DNA from: Octopus bimaculoides
Taxonomy: Eukaryota
Length of the DNA stretch: 64,000 nucleotides
Reading direction: 5' to 3'
Assembly: GCF_001194135.2 (NCBI RefSeq)
Contig: NC_068998.1
Span: forward strand, 44,817,589 to 44,881,588
Below the pieces are notes generated by a model, which worked only from the letters and a program-made list of their open reading frames with translations, had not been told where the DNA came from and searched no databases. A program made the position numbers and the translations under genes. Below are positions 52,391 to 64,000 of this stretch, in pieces (position 1 is the first letter of the stretch; each line of letters begins with the position of its first letter).

Positions 52391-53112
52391 AATAGATGTT
52401 GCACAGTATACAATATCGTGACGTTGTTGATTGAAGATATTGTGTCTACCTGGGGTTTGTACTGTTTGTAAAGTCACAACAAGGACCCCAAACAGACAAT
52501 ACTTTACGCAATATGCACACAGTTCCAAGTAATGCCGACTTTTGCAATACATCTAGATTGTAGGGTATTTCTAAGATTTCCCGATGTTTTTTCAGATTGG
52601 GTGGTATTGAACCCAACGCTCCAATGACAATAGGGATAACCTTCATGTTCGACTCTCGTAGCTGCCACATCTTAGTGATCTCAATTCTCAGGTCTCCATA
52701 TTTATCAACTTTTTCTTTCATGATCTCTTGGCGCTTCTACATCGATTATTAGGCACTCTTGTTTGTCCCTCCTAAGGGTTACTATATCCGGCCTTCGGTG
52801 CTCTAACATTTGGTCTGTCTGGAAATCAAAATCCCAGAGGATATTTGCCTTCCCCTCCTCGTCTATTACCTTTTCTGGTGTATGTTGGTACCAAGCCCCC
52901 GTAACCTTATATCCATACTTATGGCATAGTAGCCAGTGGATGTTTTGGGCTACTTTGTTGTGTCTATGCTTGTACTCTTTCTGCGCAAGACTTTCACAAG
53001 CACTAACAATGGGAGTCACCCTTTCAACCCTCTTCCCACACATTCTGCAGAGGTCCTATATTCTTGTGTGGTATATATTCTTTTTCACTGAATTGGTATT
53101 CACTGCCTAGTC
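52391..53112 (-). mobile_element. R4/Dong-clade RLE non-LTR retrotransposon, 3' fragment with zinc knuckle and endonuclease
   Basis: CRMCGKRVERVTPIVSAC (CCHC, His lost), RH..VA..IHW, LWDF..QTD..LEHRRPDI...IIDV, then frameshift to KEKVDKYGDL...IVIGALG...LQKSALLGT; (AAT)n on both sides. Confidence 0.92.
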
Positions 53113-53134
53113 CTGGCCATTATCATTATTATCA

Positions 53135-53343
53135 AGGTGGCATGCTGGCAGAATCATTAGCACACTAGAAAAAATACTTGGCAGCAGTTTGTCCTTAGGT
53201 TCTGAGTTCAAATTCCACTGAAGTCCACTTTGCTTTTCATCCTTTCAGGGTCGATAAATAAATACCAGTTGAGCACTGAGGTTGATGTAATCAACAACCC
53301 CATTCCCCTGAACTTGCTGGCCTTGTACCAAAATTTGAAACCA
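53135..53343 (+). mobile_element. SINE family C
   Basis: aaggtggcatgctggcagaatcattagc...ttctgagttcaaattcc...gggtcgataaataaataccag...aaatttgaaacc. Confidence 0.8.
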
Positions 53344-53344
53344 T

Positions 53345-53697
53345 TATTAATATCTCCGCTTTAGCAAAGGTGGAAGTATTGTTTTCAGTCACATTTGTTT
53401 GTTTTTCCATGGACAAGATGTTTCAAGAATCACTGGAAGGATTCACATGAAACTTTCAGGGATGTTTGGCCTCATGACTGGCACAAACGGATTAGATTTT
53501 GGGATTGATCTGGTACTGGACAAGGATTCTGGATTATTTTTCCTGTTTTTTTACTCAAATTCATTTTTAGTATTCTCTGTTGTGAGAGCAGTCGAGTTTA
53601 TTTCAGATATTCTCATTTTAAAGATCATCTCTGGCTAATCTTTCAGAGGACATTGGTGTTGTCTTGGCGGAGGCTTGCATTCTCTGAGTGCTCTTAT
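53345..53697 (+). mobile_element. Non-autonomous Helentron/Helitron-like element, full length
   Basis: Subterminal inverted repeats atctccgc...ttggcggagg and 3' end ggcggaggcttgcattctctgagtgctctt; sits in a T-rich site; paralogue at 10493. Confidence 0.7.
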
Positions 53698-53738
53698 TAT
53701 TATTATTATCATAATCATTATTATTATTATCATTATTA

Positions 53739-53769
<31 letters not shown>

Positions 53770-54003
53770 AACTATTAGTATTGACGTTGTTATCAATATT
53801 ACCACTTAATTCATTATTGTATTTTCTTCACTGAAGTATTATTACAGACACTTCAAAATATATTTATTAATATTATTTTTTAATTCCTATTTGTAGCTAT
53901 TTCTTCATTTCAATAACATTCCATCAACACCCACACACCCGCACACACACACAAACACACACACACACAAACACACATTCTCTCATGCTCATGAATACAC
54001 ACA

Positions 54004-54037
<34 letters not shown>

Positions 54038-54953
54038 TGCACATACTCACATGCACACACAAAACCAACACAATCAAAATCATTTCAACGCAATTTTCTA
54101 ATCTGACTTTATAGAAAAACTGACATTTTTCTCTCACATATTTCAAAGAATTATACATTAGTTCCATGGAAAACACTGTCTTTTTTTCACCCGCTTCATA
54201 AATGTACATTAAATGGGTGAAGCTCTTCTCTTCTTAATTTTGTCTTTTCTCTGTCAAAAAATATAAAGGAACACCATATTATGCATGTTCCAGAGTCGTT
54301 GTATAGATTTTTTTAAATATAAATTGTGAATATCTGTGTATATCTGACATTGTGAGTGGTATGTGTGTGTTTGTCTGAGACTCTGCGTGTATGTAAGGTG
54401 TGGAATAAAATGTGTGATGTTTTACATGTTTTTTGTTTTGCTTTTTGGGGGGGTTTTTTTTCGCTGTTGTTGTTTTTATTTCCTTCCCAAACATGTTGGC
54501 AATACAAGACATGTCTTGGGTTCCTTTTTCATGCCAGTAATTATATACCATTGTTCTCAAGTTAGGGGTTGTATATTGTTCTTGCCATAATGATGGATGG
54601 CACAGAATAAGAGAGAAAAAAATTTGGTAAAGGTAAAAAAAAAAGGAAAAAATATCAATCAAAACCCATATTTTTTCCCTCTAATGATTGTATGTTAAAG
54701 GAGTTGTCATAATCATTATCAGCATCGTCATCATTATTGCATCTCTGAGCATCACCATCTTTCATCATCATGTTGTCATGGTCATCATCGTCGTCATTAC
54801 CATCGTCATCATCATCATCCCCGTCATCATTTTTATCAATTGATAATTTCTGATTCAGTTACACAATAGCAATATATAAACAAAACAAAACAAAATATTT
54901 ATTTTAACAGATTTGTAATTACCACCAATACATAAACTTTAGGTAGTAGTAGC

Positions 54954-54988
<35 letters not shown>

Positions 54989-57196
54989 CAGCAGCAGCAA
55001 TATCAGTATTAATAAGGGTGGCAGTACTATTAAAAGGAGTATAGCAGTAGTGGTGGCAGTAGGGGGGCAGTGCTGAGGATAATATCATAGTGTTAGTTGT
55101 AGTAGTAGTAGTAGTAGCAACAGTAGTGACGGTTGTAGTAAATGTATGAGTAGATCAATTTTCAGCAAAACTGCATAACAAAAAACTAGTTTAGATTTGA
55201 CAAGGGAAATTACAATTAATAATTGCATAATATTTTGTTTTGATGGGTTGCTTAGGTCTGTATTGGTATGTTTATTTATTTAGAATAGTTGATATACATA
55301 CATTATAGGGGGATGGATGTTTTCTTGTTTAGTTTGCTTCATTGCTTTATTTAAAAAAAAAAAGCATTTCACTCCTCATTTTCCCGTGTCTTTCTCCAAT
55401 AGTTTTTCTCTTCTAGCAAAGTGTCTTAAGTTCCTCTGATGGAGACATCACAATGGTATAATTACTGTAATTCTAAAGATCTCCTGCAGAAATATAAATA
55501 ATCAGATATAGCTTGAAAGTGAAAGCTTATTGTGTGACGTTTGTATTCCTCTTCAAAAGAACTGGCAATGGAAGAAGATAGTGAATTGTCTACAACTGAT
55601 AACCAAAATTGATCTATTGTGTTGGTTTCCTGGGAACTTAGCTAACTTAATTCTGCTGTACTCCATTATCTTCCATCATGAGTATTGCAATTATAACATT
55701 GTAGGATGAGGTGAAAAAACTAGAATGCAAGACATGACACACCTTAATCCTTTTAGCATACTTGTTAGCTGTTCTTGCAGTCTTCAGCCTCATTTTTTTG
55801 TCAGTTATAAGAATGGAATATTGAATGAGAGTATGATCTTCTTCATGGAATCACTGGTGTGACTTAGATTCATTTATTATGTGATAGCACAACCAAAAAC
55901 TATGTCCCAAAGGATGAGATTTCCTCGTTTCAAACATTCAAAACAACTCCACTTCTCACCATTAATTGAACACTATCCAAGCACCACCTTCACTATTTAT
56001 TCCAAAATTGTACTCTTTCATCATCATCATCATCATCATCATCGTTTAACGTCCGCTTTCCATGCTAGCATGGGTTGGACGATTTGACTGAGGTCTGGTG
56101 AACCAGATGGCTACAGCAGGCTCCAATCTGATCTGGCAGAGTTTCTACAGCGGGATGCCCTTCCTAACGCCAACCACTCCGAGAGTGTAGTGGGTGCTTT
56201 TACGTGCCACCGGCATGAAGGCCAGTCAGGTGGTACTGGCAATGGCCACGCATCAGACTTTATTTACTAAAACACTAGGGGACATAAAGAGATTGAACAT
56301 AAATAACAGTGTCTTTTAAACTGTAGTTAATATAACAACAGATGTGGGACACACACACTTATAATGGACATCTATACAATCAATATCTAGTAAAGTCTAT
56401 TTACAAGGTATTAATTAACCAGATATTATAGCGGAAGACATTTGTCTATGTTCTCTGCAGTGAGACCAAATCAGGAAAGATAGAGTTAAGGAATAAATTT
56501 TTTAAGTATGCAGCCGAGTCTGTCCCCTTCTGTTTTGTGTTTATTTCTCATTTTAATTGATTTTTACCTTCCATCCTTCTAAAGTTATTGAAAAAATACT
56601 GGAAACCATGGCAGTGATCCAGCTTGGCCACAGCTGGATGGTTGAAACCTGTACAAGAATAGAATAAAAGAATCTACAGACATTGATTCGGTCAATGATA
56701 GATTTCCGTTAGATGGTGGTGGCCTTATGCCAATGTAAGAAATTATTAATATTATGTACTGAGGATGCATCAAAGGTAGCAGAGCCAGAATAAACTACAT
56801 CATGTTTGAGCTTGATCTAGTTTATCAAAGATGGGTGCATGCATGGCTTTGTGGTCAAGAAGCTCACTTCACAATTAAATGCTGTTGAAGACTGAATTAC
56901 CAGTGAGCACCACTTTGAGCAAGTATCTGTTACCATGGCTGCCTCAGATCCACCATTACTTTGTGAATGGAATTTGGTAAACAGAAACTGAGTGGAAGAC
57001 CATCAAAAGAACCACTCTTGTAAACCCTTTATCCAGTTTAGCACCACCTCTTGGCAGTTGGGTGCTTTTAATGAAATCCAGTCTGTTGCAAGTGTTTGAA
57101 CCAGATCTCTGAGCTGAATTAATTTATTTCCTTTCTATCATTAATCTTAGAGACCCTGACAAGGGTTATCATTGCTGCCCTTTCTTTGGATACTGA

Positions 57197-57515
57197 GACC
57201 CCCTTCGGTCATGACTGACCATGGGATTGCACCTAGAAAGTTACCCTCCCAGGCACAAGTCCGGACAAGGTTGTTTATGGAAGACCAGCAGTCGCCCATG
57301 CATACCTACCTCCTATCTCCACGCCACCAGTGATATCTGAGGGAAAGGCAAATGCCGATACAGGTTGGCACCTGTGACGTCGCAACTCATTTCTACAGCT
57401 GAGTGAACTGGAGCAACATGAATTAAAGTGTCTTGTTCGAGAACACAACAAGCAGCCCAGTCCAGGATTCGAACTCCCAATCATAAGCTCTAACCACTGA
57501 GCCATGCACCTTCAC
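57197..57515 (-). mobile_element. SINE family H
   Basis: Colinear with 17550-17892. Confidence 0.85.
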
Positions 57516-57580
57516 TTCTTTGGATAAGCTGTTAAAAAAAAAAAATTACAACGCCACATGGATGTGCTGAATATCATATA

Positions 57581-57805
57581 TTAACCCTTTGGCATTCAGG
57601 TTATGCTGGCATATGTAATGCTTATATCCATTGTTTAAAATTAATCATACATTATCATGGAGCTTTCAAGTTTTGGTAATGTAACTGTTTATTTTTAAAG
57701 TGACATTATAGGATAGGTGTGAGAGACCAGGTCTGGCCACTTTGAACATAAATCAAATAAAATTCTTGAGACAGAGATGGCTAGTTTAAATGCGAAAAAG
57801 TCAAC
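57581..57805. mobile_element. Possible piggyBac-like MITE, degenerate
   Basis: Left end TTAA-CCCTTTGGCATT; right end aaatgcgaaaaagtcaa resembles a decayed AATGCTAAAGGG-TTAA. Confidence 0.45.
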
Positions 57806-58602
57806 CTGTAACCACCATTCATCCTCATGTGATTATTGTTGTCCAATCCCAGCTCAACCCAATGAGAGCAGACCTTAAATAAAGACACTCTAGTTTTGAC
57901 CACCCCATCTAGTTTTCAGATTCTATGTGGCATACTCAGCCACATTTACTCTCTAATTCAATGAACATGGTGGGTAATTGATAAAAAAAAGAAACTGGAA
58001 TACACAGTGTAGAAAACAACAGAAATCCATTTACATTTATGTAAGAACTGTCAAGGCTATTTTACCCTCAGTAAGAATATTAAAGTAAAAGTGTGTCAAC
58101 AGAGCCAAGACTAATGTAGTGAGTCCTTGTAACTTCTCGATTCTGACAGTCTGATGCTATCAGAGATCCATTTTGACATTCAATTAATTCAATTAGACAC
58201 ATAACTTTTACACTTGAAATATTTTACCCCACCAAAAGATAACATGATTTAGTGAGTGCATGGTACACATACACACACAAATTTTTCTTTCCTTTTTTAA
58301 CTATTCTTATTTTTTAGCTGTTCTGGAATGAAGTCACAAAAATTTTGAATTCAATTGTAAATGTGGGATAACAAGAGAAAGAGAGTTGGTGGGGGGATGG
58401 CATGGCTGTGGAGAAATATTCATAAAAGACATGTATCAGTTCTATAATTCAGCTAGACATATTCTGATTTCAACATTGATGACATTTTCTTGAGACTTCT
58501 CTGGTACTTTTTTAGTGAAGGTTATTTTTCTCATTCTTTAAATATTTTCTAAGTTATTTTCATCTTTGCGAATGTATGTCAGTTAATAATAGTAATAATA
58601 AG

Positions 58603-58833
58603 GGCAGCGAGCTGGCAGAATCGTTAGTACGCCAGGCGAAATGCCTGGTGGTATTTCGTCTGCCGTTAAGTTCTGAGTTCAAATTCTGCCGAGGTCAACT
58701 TTGCCATTCATCCTTTTGGGGTCACTTAAATAAGTACCAGTTACACACTGGGGTTGATGTAATCAACTAATCCCTTTGTCTGTCCTTGTTTGTCCTCTCT
58801 ATGTTTAGCCCCCTGTGGGCAATAAAGAAATAA
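58603..58833 (+). mobile_element. SINE family C, well preserved
   Basis: ggcagcgagctggcagaatcgttag head, B-box-like gagttcaaattc, tail to gggcaataaagaaataa. Confidence 0.85.
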
Positions 58834-58858
58834 ATTATAGTAATAATAATAATAATCC

Positions 58859-59072
58859 TTTCTACAATAAGCACAAGGCCTGATATTTGAGTGAGGAGGG
58901 GACTAGTTGATTACATAACCCCCCAGTGTTTCACTGGTACTTAATTTATCAACCCTAAAAGTATGAAAGGTAAAGTCAGCCTCAGCAGAATTTGAACTTA
59001 GAACATAGCAATGGGCAAAATATCACTAACCATTTTACTCCCATGCCAACAATCCTGCTAGCTCACTGCCTT
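58859..59072 (-). mobile_element. SINE family C, tail-to-tail with the previous copy
   Basis: Reverse-complement similarity to 58603-58770; another minus copy at about 59995-60120. Confidence 0.8.
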
Positions 59073-59099
59073 AATAATAATGATGATGATGATGACAAC

Positions 59100-59410
59100 G
59101 ACTATGACGATTTGACATAGGAAGAATTTGGAGCATGCAAATAGTAAAGATCATGCCTGTAATAATTGGTGTGTTGGAAACGGTAAGCCAAGATTTAGAC
59201 AAATGGCTGAAGGAGATTGAAATAGAATGCCTGGTAGAGCTCCTACGAAAATTTGTCTCTTAGAGACAGCAAGGATTATCAGGAGGGTTCTTAGCACTTG
59301 AAAGTCTGCTGAAAACTTGTGGATACCTAAGGTTACATGTAGTAGCCCGATACTCACATAAATTCTACAAGGAATAAGACCAAACCTGAGCCCAACCAAA
59401 GATAATAACA
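59100..59410 (+). mobile_element. R4/Dong-clade RLE retrotransposon, extreme 3' fragment
   Basis: YDDLT*...WSMQIVKIMPVIIGVLETVSQDLDKWLKEIEI...(frameshift)CLLETARIIRRVLST*; preceded by AAT/GAT tract. Confidence 0.8.
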
Positions 59411-59929
59411 ATTTCTGAATATAATAAAAGGGCAACACAAATATATCACAATATGTTAGAAATTCAACTCAGACAGAATAATAATGACTACCACCACAAT
59501 CCCAACCTGTACACCACAACAGCACCTGTACATTTCTTTAATAGACACCAATACAAAATGAAAGCATTAAAATACAACTAAATAACAGAGTATAATAGCA
59601 TACAATCGATTGACATTTATAAATTGGGTGTTATGTGTATGTGTGTGTATGAGAGTTACGAGGGGGTTATAATTCTTGATATCATTATTTACAAAATAGC
59701 GTTGTTGACAGATGAATTAAAATGTGTATTATGTATGGTAGGTCAAGTCACTTTAGATCTCATTACTCAAAGTTTTAAGCCTAGAGGTAATTCTCAAATG
59801 AGGATGGATGTTTGGTGATGAAAGTAACAGAATAATAAGGTAACACAATATTCAGAGAAGCCTGATGCAGTCTTCTGGCTTGCCAGTGCCTATCGAACCA
59901 CCCAAACCAAACCAACATGGAAAACGAAC

Positions 59930-59960
<31 letters not shown>

Positions 59961-60146
59961 TATTATTTTTATTATTATTATTATTATTATTTTTTCTACT
60001 ATAGGCACAAGGCTTGGAATTTGATGGGAGGGGAGTGGTTGGTTACATCAACCCCAGTGTTTCACTGGTATTTAATTTATTGAACCCAAAAGGATGAAAG
60101 GCAAAGTCGATCTCAGTGGAAATAATAGTAACAATGATATAACTGC

Positions 60147-60625
60147 TATAAAAGATGGGGTACAGCAAATATTCTGCTCAATATTACAGATTTGATTGTC
60201 AGTTACTTCACCTTAACCAGTTGAGCATGTCTTTTGGTGACAATATGTGCATCTCTGATCATCAGCAGAAGTAGTGGGGGACTATCATAACCACGTGTTG
60301 AGCGGAATTCTTTAGGGTTTCAATAATTCACCTCTGGAAACATGGGTATTTCATTCATAGTTTTTAAACAAACCTTATTCAGTGACCTTTTAAGCGAGAT
60401 GGGCTAGCCAACCTGAAAAAGTTCTAATTGGACCCTACCTGCAAGGTCATGTGCTGTTTATCTTGATACGAGATCCCCATTTCGTGCATATCTGGTTGTG
60501 ATGCATGTGCCTGATGTTCTATTATCAGACAGGTAGTCATGATGGAAATACTGCACTTGCATATTTGTATCCCAGTTTCCCTTGATGGCTTGTGCTGCTC
60601 TCTCCCTTAATAATGATAATAATAC
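60147..60625 (+). mobile_element. Family F element, sense orientation, (AAT)n tail
   Basis: Ends gctgctctctcccttaataatgataataat; reverse match to 1514-1972. Confidence 0.75.
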
Positions 60626-60727
60626 AATATACAAAAAGACAAGATAGTCAAAGTGGTGGAGCACTTTATTAATCTTAGACCTATAAAATCAGAGCTGGCT
60701 ACAGCTAAATAACAGTTATATTAGCAG

Positions 60728-60773
<46 letters not shown>

Positions 60774-62437
60774 TTCGTAAACTCATATCCTCCGACGCTA
60801 CTCTCTCTCTTTCTCTTTCTCTTTCTTTGTTCCCCCTCTCGTTCTTCCTCTTTACTACTACGTATCTCGCTTTACCCCTCTCGTTCTTCCTCTGTTACTA
60901 CTACGTACCTCTTTTTTCCCCTTCNNNNNNNNNNNNNNNNNNNNNNNNNNNNNNNNNNNNNNNNNNNNNNNNNNNNNNNNNNNNNNNNNNNNNNNNNNNN
61001 NNNNNNNNNNNNNNNNNNNNNNNNNNNNNNNNNNNNNNNNNNNNNNNNNNNNNNNNNNNNNNNNNNNNNNNNNNNNNNNNNNNNNNNNNNNNNNNNNNNN
61101 NNNNNNNNNNNNNNNNNNNNNNNNNNNNNNNNNNNNNNNNNNNNNNNNNNNNNNNNNNNNNNNNNNNNNNNNNNNNNNNNNNNNNNNNNNNNNNNNNNNN
61201 NNNNNNNNNNNNNNNNNNNNNNNNNNNNNNNNTGTCCGCCACTACATTCCTCCATGGCTAGATTTAATTTGCGTATACAAATTTAATCTGCGATCCATGG
61301 GACGAGCCGTTTTAACGATGCGTCCTGCCCAAGCTCGTCGAAACGCAGGTGTTAAAATGTGGGTAGCTGATGAAGTAGAATGTTCTCTATGTGGCTCGTG
61401 TGTTCTCGTCTACATTTGTTTGCAATGTCCTGTACCCAGATATGCACCTATACATACAGGTGGATGTCGGTATGCACATACCTGTACATATATATGCATA
61501 TACTCATTTACTATTTGTTTTTATATATATATATATATATATGTAAGATAAATTGGATGAGCCATGGGGATAGTGATGGAGGTGGTACAGAGTTTATGAC
61601 AAGCGAAAGCTATTTAGAGTCAGAAAGACAAAGTAGTAAATATCATGAAGAGACAACGGATATAGAGTTTAGCTTCTATCTTAGAACACTTGATTGCTGC
61701 AATTGTCTGTGAGGGCAGAGCACTTTTAATCAGATCATAAAAAAGATAAATACAGAGAATAATGAACAGAGAAATGAAAAAATGAATGAATGAATATGTA
61801 ATGTTAGAGTTTCCAACTGAAGTTATGCTGGATGAATAAATAATAATATTTATAGAATGTTACAATTGCTTAACGGCAGATATGTTGGGCACAAGTGGTG
61901 TGAAGACAATAGAAATTAAAGTACAAATCTATATAACTCACTCTCTCCTTCTCTCTCTCTTTCTTTCTCTCTCTTTCTCTTTCTCTCTCACTCTACATCT
62001 ATCTCATTATATATATGTGTGTGGTTTTGGATAAAAGAAAATACAGGATTCGTTAATTATCCAACATATATCTCTCACAGACTCACACGCTTAATGCAGT
62101 GATCTTTCAGTTTTTCTAAGCCCTGTAAAAGAACTTTCCTACTGGTATCTTGGGACCCACATGATAACAGAATTAATTATGAATATCAGCCAAAGGGAGA
62201 CAATACTCTGTTATTGATGTAGGGTGATGAAGTCTTTTCCTCTTCCATTTTCTAAGGAGGCCACTGGCTACAGAGGCCATGTGCCAACAGGTTTTGGGGT
62301 CTGATGACATGTGGTAAAGCTAAGCACTTCATGGATGTGAAACCCATGGTTATCCCATTGACTGGCCTTATCTAGCCTTATATACTATACTGCTCTATAA
62401 TTTAGAGTGTGCTTCTTTTTCAGATTAATGTTTTACC

Positions 62438-62467
<30 letters not shown>

Positions 62468-62468
<1 letters not shown>

Positions 62469-62626
62469 GGTGTTAAAATTATTATGATTGACCGTTGACT
62501 GAACACTATTCAATTTTTTTTCTCCGTGTTTTTCTCCTTGTCTCCGTATTCTTTCTGTTGAAGAGCGTAGCTCGAAACGTCAAAGACTTTCCGTATTCCC
62601 GAGCGTCATACTAATATATACTTTTG
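62468..62626 (+). mobile_element. Penelope-like element terminal-repeat remnant
   Basis: CpG-rich segment between (TA)n tracts containing ttgaagagcgtagctcgaaacgtcaaagac. Confidence 0.55.
62550..62586 (+). ncRNA. Minimal type I hammerhead ribozyme with variant core
   Basis: UCUUU-CUGUUGA-A-GAGC(GUA)GCUC-GAAA-CG-UC-AAAGA; perfect stems I and II, GUC triplet, U in place of conserved A6. Confidence 0.55.
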
Positions 62627-62636
62627 NNNNNNNNNN

Positions 62637-62698
<62 letters not shown>

Positions 62699-63393
62699 CA
62701 TACACACACACACATGCACATACCCATACACACATGTACATGCACTCATATTTGTGCACAGTGGTTAAGTAATTTACTTCACAATATATATACATCTCTA
62801 CAATATTATAAGGATCTTAAGTTCTCAAGATGATATAAACAAATAGTAAACATGGAGAAATGAAAATACAATTCCAAAATGTCACCAGTTTTTTTTCCCC
62901 AGTTTTACTGCCGTTTGTGATTTTATTCACAAATCTAAAGCTTGTTTGATATCTCACCATCGATACAAGCTCTAGATACTTGACTGAGAAAGTTGAACCC
63001 TTGAGCATGAAAACTAACATGAGAACCCCCATCATGTTTATATATGTATGTAATAGTGGAAGTGTCATTAAGTGCTGTTTTGTGCGTGTATGGTTTGGTG
63101 AGTGCTACTTGGTGCAAAAATGTGCATGTTTGTTGATGCGTGCATATCAGTAAATGTTTCTTATTATATGTTTTTGTATCAAAGAGTCAAGAATCAGGAA
63201 GATAATTTATATAATTTATATAGCATTTATAGAATTTGAACATTTCTTTCTATAACACTTCTTTATCTCTGTCTATCTAGTTATCTGTTTATTTATTTAT
63301 CTATCTAGTTATTTTATCTAGCCATTAACAAACCATCTATCAGTCCCTCCTTTATCTCACTTTCCCTCTGTCTTTTCATTTCATTCTCTCTGA

Positions 63394-63427
<34 letters not shown>

Positions 63428-63547
63428 GTCTCCACCTTTATTCCCATTCATTCCATCTCACATCTTATTTCCCAATATTTTAATCCATCAAATCAATTTT
63501 TCTCAACTCTCTCAACCTCTTCCTCCTCCATTGACCATGTATTTCAC

Positions 63548-63642
<95 letters not shown>

Positions 63643-64000
63643 AAAATCCTCCACTAACACCATCATTATTGAAACACTCCACCACCTAATTAATGCATCG
63701 TTCTATCCTCCAGAAGTGCCTTCTAATGTTATCATCATCATCATCATCATCATCATCATGCTCTTTCTCACCACCATCTTCTCTTCTTCCACCTCTTCCT
63801 CCTCCACCCTGAATATTGCTACCTCTTAAACTCAATTACTTCCCCATTTTAAATCCAGATACAAATAACTTTCAGCTCATTTTTAATAATTTTTTTTTTT
63901 TTTTGTCTTAATTCTTTATTTTTTTCATATATTTTCTTTTCTTCATTTCTCTTTCTTGTACCTGGAATGGGGAAAATAGTTTTTAGCTTATTTTCGACTC

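Overview
AT-rich, repeat-saturated eukaryotic DNA from a draft assembly with eight N gaps. The SINE repertoire and (TA/CA/CAT/AAT)n density match my recollection of Octopus genomes; this is inference, no search was run. I found no convincing cellular protein-coding gene, and most ORF-track entries are microsatellite or gap translations. The window reads as a very large intron or intergenic tract. It holds several tRNA-headed SINE families (my labels A, B, C, H), RTE-type 3' tails (E) and one RTE LINE remnant. It also holds three R4/Dong-clade restriction-like-endonuclease LINE fragments sitting in (AAT)n tracts, an (AAT)n-tailed non-coding element (F), a decayed near-full-length Tc1/mariner, Tc1/mariner and hAT MITEs, Helentron-like non-autonomous elements, and Penelope-like ends carrying minimal hammerhead ribozymes. 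The best non-repeat signals are a textbook recursive-splicing (AG|GTAAGT zero-length exon) site at 20937/20938, a perfect 55-bp hairpin at 12649-12777, a tandem RFX X-box/AP-1/CCAAT cluster at about 42.1 kb, several local duplications, and a few unproven exon candidates. Repeat boundaries were read by eye and are approximate unless TIR/TSD positions are given.
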